Position numbers and translations under genes: made by a program | Notes under the pieces: model-generated | The model's database searches: none | Told to the model about the DNA's origin: nothing | What the model saw: the letters and a program-made list of their open reading frames with translations, nothing else | Virus record (IMG/VR): IMGVR_UViG_3300042891_000377 | Location: 32,001-96,000 of that record | Length of the DNA stretch: 64,000 nt | Direction: 5' to 3' (one strand) | From: a virus | Shown here: positions 61,088 through 64,000 of the stretch, piece by piece | Numbering within the stretch: position 1 is the stretch's first letter | Layout: every line of letters starts with the position of its first letter

Positions 61088-62317
61088 ATGACCACATACT
61101 CGAAACGATTTTCAATAGCACACTGGGATAGACTCTCAGAAGAACATGCTGATGCTTATTATACAATGTTTAAGAATGCAAGTCCTGAATTTTTAGACAA
61201 TATTCACGATATCTACTTTGGCAAATACTTTTACTATAATTACAATGGTGTAGATAAACGATGTGGAAATCCAATGGGAGTCGAAGCATCGGACACTCAC
61301 ATTGATTACCTATTTAAAATACAAGAAGAACTTGGTGTTGAAATATCACTTACATTTAACACTGTTCAAGTACCGCACGAAGTAATATTCAATTACGAAA
61401 TTAGACAACAGTTTGTGCAATGGATTGGTTCATATTATGATCGTGGATTACGTAGTTGTACTATGTCAAGCGAACACATATTGCGTACAGGTGAGTTACA
61501 AACACGCTGCCCTGATATGCGATGGAAAAGCACAGTAAATCAAATTGTATCCGACGCACAGCAATTTATTGACTATGCGTATCTTGGATACAATACTATT
61601 TTATTAGACAGAAGTTTAAATAGAAACATTAAAGAACTTAAAAAGATTAAGAAGGCACAGGACTATCTTAATGGCAAAAACCCCCAAAAGAAATTACTAA
61701 CATCATTGCTGATTGCCGAAGCATGTGTTTACCATTGCCCGTTTAAGAAAGAACACGATAGCGTAGGCGAAGTTATAAGCACTGAGTATTTTAGAGATGC
61801 CGCCAATCTTTCGTGTAATGGCTGGCGTGGTTCGGAAGCATTTAAACAATTACCGCGAGTGGGCATTGACTTAGTTGCTGTTGATGCAAAAACATTAAAT
61901 CAATTTTTAGATCTAGTTGATATATTTAAATTCTCCGGACGATTAACTCAAGCACCATTCCTTGCTAAAGATGCCAAGTATGCTAAAGCAGTATGGTTTT
62001 ATAAGACACAAAAACTAGATCAACAGAACACAAATATTGGCAACACAGTATACGCAGATAACTATAAAGATATAGTCGATAATAATCTTGCACCGTTACA
62101 CGATTGGATTCCTGGTTGGATTGATACACGATTTACTAAAGAAGATTATAAAACAACTTACACAATTTATACTGGCATATGGTCGACTGCTCCGGGTAAG
62201 AAGTTAGAGAAACTATTAACAACGTGTAGAAATCAGTGTTGGGATTGTCATCAATGCGAACGTACATTTGGTACAGATGATATCGATTCTGCATTGCAAC
62301 TAAGGAAAGTAGTATGA
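61088..62317 (+). CDS. Peptidase-U32-like (Fe-S) protein
   Basis: STVN, LDRSLNRN, EACVYHCPFK.EH, KFSGR, C-terminal CRNQCWDCHQC. Confidence 0.55.
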   Translation: MTTYSKRFSIAHWDRLSEEHADAYYTMFKNASPEFLDNIHDIYFGKYFYYNYNGVDKRCGNPMGVEASDTHIDYLFKIQEELGVEISLTFNTVQVPHEVIFNYEIRQQFVQWIGSYYDRGLRSCTMSSEHILRTGELQTRCPDMRWKSTVNQIVSDAQQFIDYAYLGYNTILLDRSLNRNIKELKKIKKAQDYLNGKNPQKKLLTSLLIAEACVYHCPFKKEHDSVGEVISTEYFRDAANLSCNGWRGSEAFKQLPRVGIDLVAVDAKTLNQFLDLVDIFKFSGRLTQAPFLAKDAKYAKAVWFYKTQKLDQQNTNIGNTVYADNYKDIVDNNLAPLHDWIPGWIDTRFTKEDYKTTYTIYTGIWSTAPGKKLEKLLTTCRNQCWDCHQCERTFGTDDIDSALQLRKVV

Positions 62318-63918
62318 GAAACAAAATTGAAAGAATAACTATTGTAGGAGGCGGCAGTTCGGGATGGATGACAGCGGCTGCTATATCAAAACAATTACCA
62401 CACGTTAAACTTACTCTAATCGAGTCGCCCAATATCCCAACAATTGGAGTAGGCGAAAGTACAATCGGACAGATAAACGAATTCCTTCACTATCTTGGTC
62501 TTAAAGATGAAGATTGGATGAAGCACTGTAACGCAACATATAAGACATCAATTAAGTTTATCGATTTTAGAGAAAACCCAACAGAAAAGCCACACGTATT
62601 TCATTACCCGTTTGGTAGATATGACTTTACTGATAAGCCCAGAGGTCTAATGGAATGGTTTATTGGTGCCGCAACACTACCTAATATTGATCCATATTCA
62701 TTTGCAGAATTTTATCACGATCAGGTTATAATGACTGATGCAAATAAAATGACAAAGAATGAGGATCATCTAATACGTGGATTTAATTTTAAATCCGACA
62801 CAGCATATCATATGGATGCAACTCTATTTGGTAATTATCTACGTGACCATTTATGTTTGCCGGTGGGTATGACACATATTCTAGATAACGTGTTAACCGC
62901 AACAATGGATGCAAAAGGACACATTGATACTATTGTAACTGAAAAGAATGGTGAGCTAACAGCAGATTTGTTTATTGACTGTACGGGTTTTAGATCACTA
63001 TTACTTGAACAAACATTAAAAGTTCCATTCATATCATTCCATGACACACTATTAAATGATAGCGCAGTAGCAGGTGTTATTCCATATATCGATAAAGATA
63101 AAGAAATGGAGTGCGTTACAAGTTGTACTGCAATTGAAGCAGGATGGGTTTGGAATATCCCTTTGTGGGATAGACTTGGCACGGGGTATGTTTACTCAAG
63201 TAAATTTGCAACAAAAGAACAAGCAGAAGAACAATTTAAAAATCATTTAAAATCTAATAGAATGACAGTACAAGATGTTGCACGTGTTGACGCAATGGAA
63301 GTTCGACATATTGCTATTAAACATGGTGTACATGAACGTACCTGGGAAAAGAATGTTATTGGTATAGGTCTATCAAATGGATTCATTGAGCCACTTGAAT
63401 CAACTGGTTTAATGCTTACACATGAATGTATTATTAAGATGGTAAATCTACTCAAAATGCGCAATGGCAGAGTTACGCGGTTTGATGTTGATGCATTTAA
63501 TTTTGCATTTCGTGAACAAATTACAGGATTTAAAGACTTTATCAGTCAGCACTATGCCTTGTCTATGCGTAATGATAGTGCATACTGGAATCATGTTAGT
63601 GAAGAAACTACATATTCACAACAGATGTATGATTTTAAAGCTGGCGTATTAGGTTCATACAATGATATTGCATATCGACTTCATAGGTCGCGTGTAGTAG
63701 GCAACGACATGGGCGGAATAGCATATATCATTGCAGGCATGGGGCACAACGTTATTGATAGTAGCAGAGTAGATTTTAATAATAATCAGTACAGCGAACC
63801 CGTTGATATGGCTACTAATACATGGAACACATGGCGCGAACACCGAGCACAAACTGTTAAAGTTGTCGATGCATTACCTACACATTACGCATTTCTAAAA
63901 AGCACAATATATAAATGA
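62314..63918 (+). CDS. Flavin-dependent tryptophan-halogenase-family protein
   Basis: VGGGSSGW, GVGEST, ATYK.SI.F, FIDCTGF, GWVWNIP, FIEPLESTG. Confidence 0.9.
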   Translation: MRNKIERITIVGGGSSGWMTAAAISKQLPHVKLTLIESPNIPTIGVGESTIGQINEFLHYLGLKDEDWMKHCNATYKTSIKFIDFRENPTEKPHVFHYPFGRYDFTDKPRGLMEWFIGAATLPNIDPYSFAEFYHDQVIMTDANKMTKNEDHLIRGFNFKSDTAYHMDATLFGNYLRDHLCLPVGMTHILDNVLTATMDAKGHIDTIVTEKNGELTADLFIDCTGFRSLLLEQTLKVPFISFHDTLLNDSAVAGVIPYIDKDKEMECVTSCTAIEAGWVWNIPLWDRLGTGYVYSSKFATKEQAEEQFKNHLKSNRMTVQDVARVDAMEVRHIAIKHGVHERTWEKNVIGIGLSNGFIEPLESTGLMLTHECIIKMVNLLKMRNGRVTRFDVDAFNFAFREQITGFKDFISQHYALSMRNDSAYWNHVSEETTYSQQMYDFKAGVLGSYNDIAYRLHRSRVVGNDMGGIAYIIAGMGHNVIDSSRVDFNNNQYSEPVDMATNTWNTWREHRAQTVKVVDALPTHYAFLKSTIYK

Positions 63919-64000
63919 CAGAAACACATATACGAACCCTTGCTCGCACACTAAGTTATCGATTTGCGGCTGCGGCAATTACAGCATTGTGGACAGGACT
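63915..64000 (+). CDS. Start of a DUF2061-like small membrane protein (partial)
   Basis: MTETHIRTLARTLSYR; ATGA overlap with the halogenase stop. Confidence 0.5.
   Translation, partial: MTETHIRTLARTLSYRFAAAAITALWTG

Overview
This window is best read as part of a large (jumbo/T4-like) lytic phage genome, not a bacterial chromosome. It is AT-rich and densely packed with short hypothetical genes behind repeated strong sigma70 promoters. It also has T4-type TA(T)AAATA late promoters, a tail-fibre cluster with self-cleaving chaperone domains (52.9-61 kb), and isolated host-like genes lacking their normal operon partners. The host is inferred to be a Methylophilaceae-type betaproteobacterial methylotroph. 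Highlights: (1) A methanol-oxidation kit: full-length lanthanide-type PQQ methanol dehydrogenase XoxF, a PqqA precursor missed by the ORF track (23615-23686), a c-type cytochrome and a porin. (2) A curli-like secretion/sensing module (CsgF, CsgG, two curlin-repeat proteins, FecR) whose likely output, a CHASE2 adenylate cyclase, lies on the far side of a ~9 kb metabolic island. (3) A Pho-box-preceded plcP-like/pstS/phosphate-porin operon. (4) A circularly permuted two-piece tmRNA with an unusually long tag. (5) A proteostasis set (DnaK, Hsp20, ClpS, ClpP, GroES/EL), with both chaperone operons sharing a ROSE-like leader. Also present are bS21, TraR, UvsE, AhpC and many modification enzymes (radical SAM, desaturases, amidinotransferase, halogenase). 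All calls are by eye from motifs; no database searches were run.
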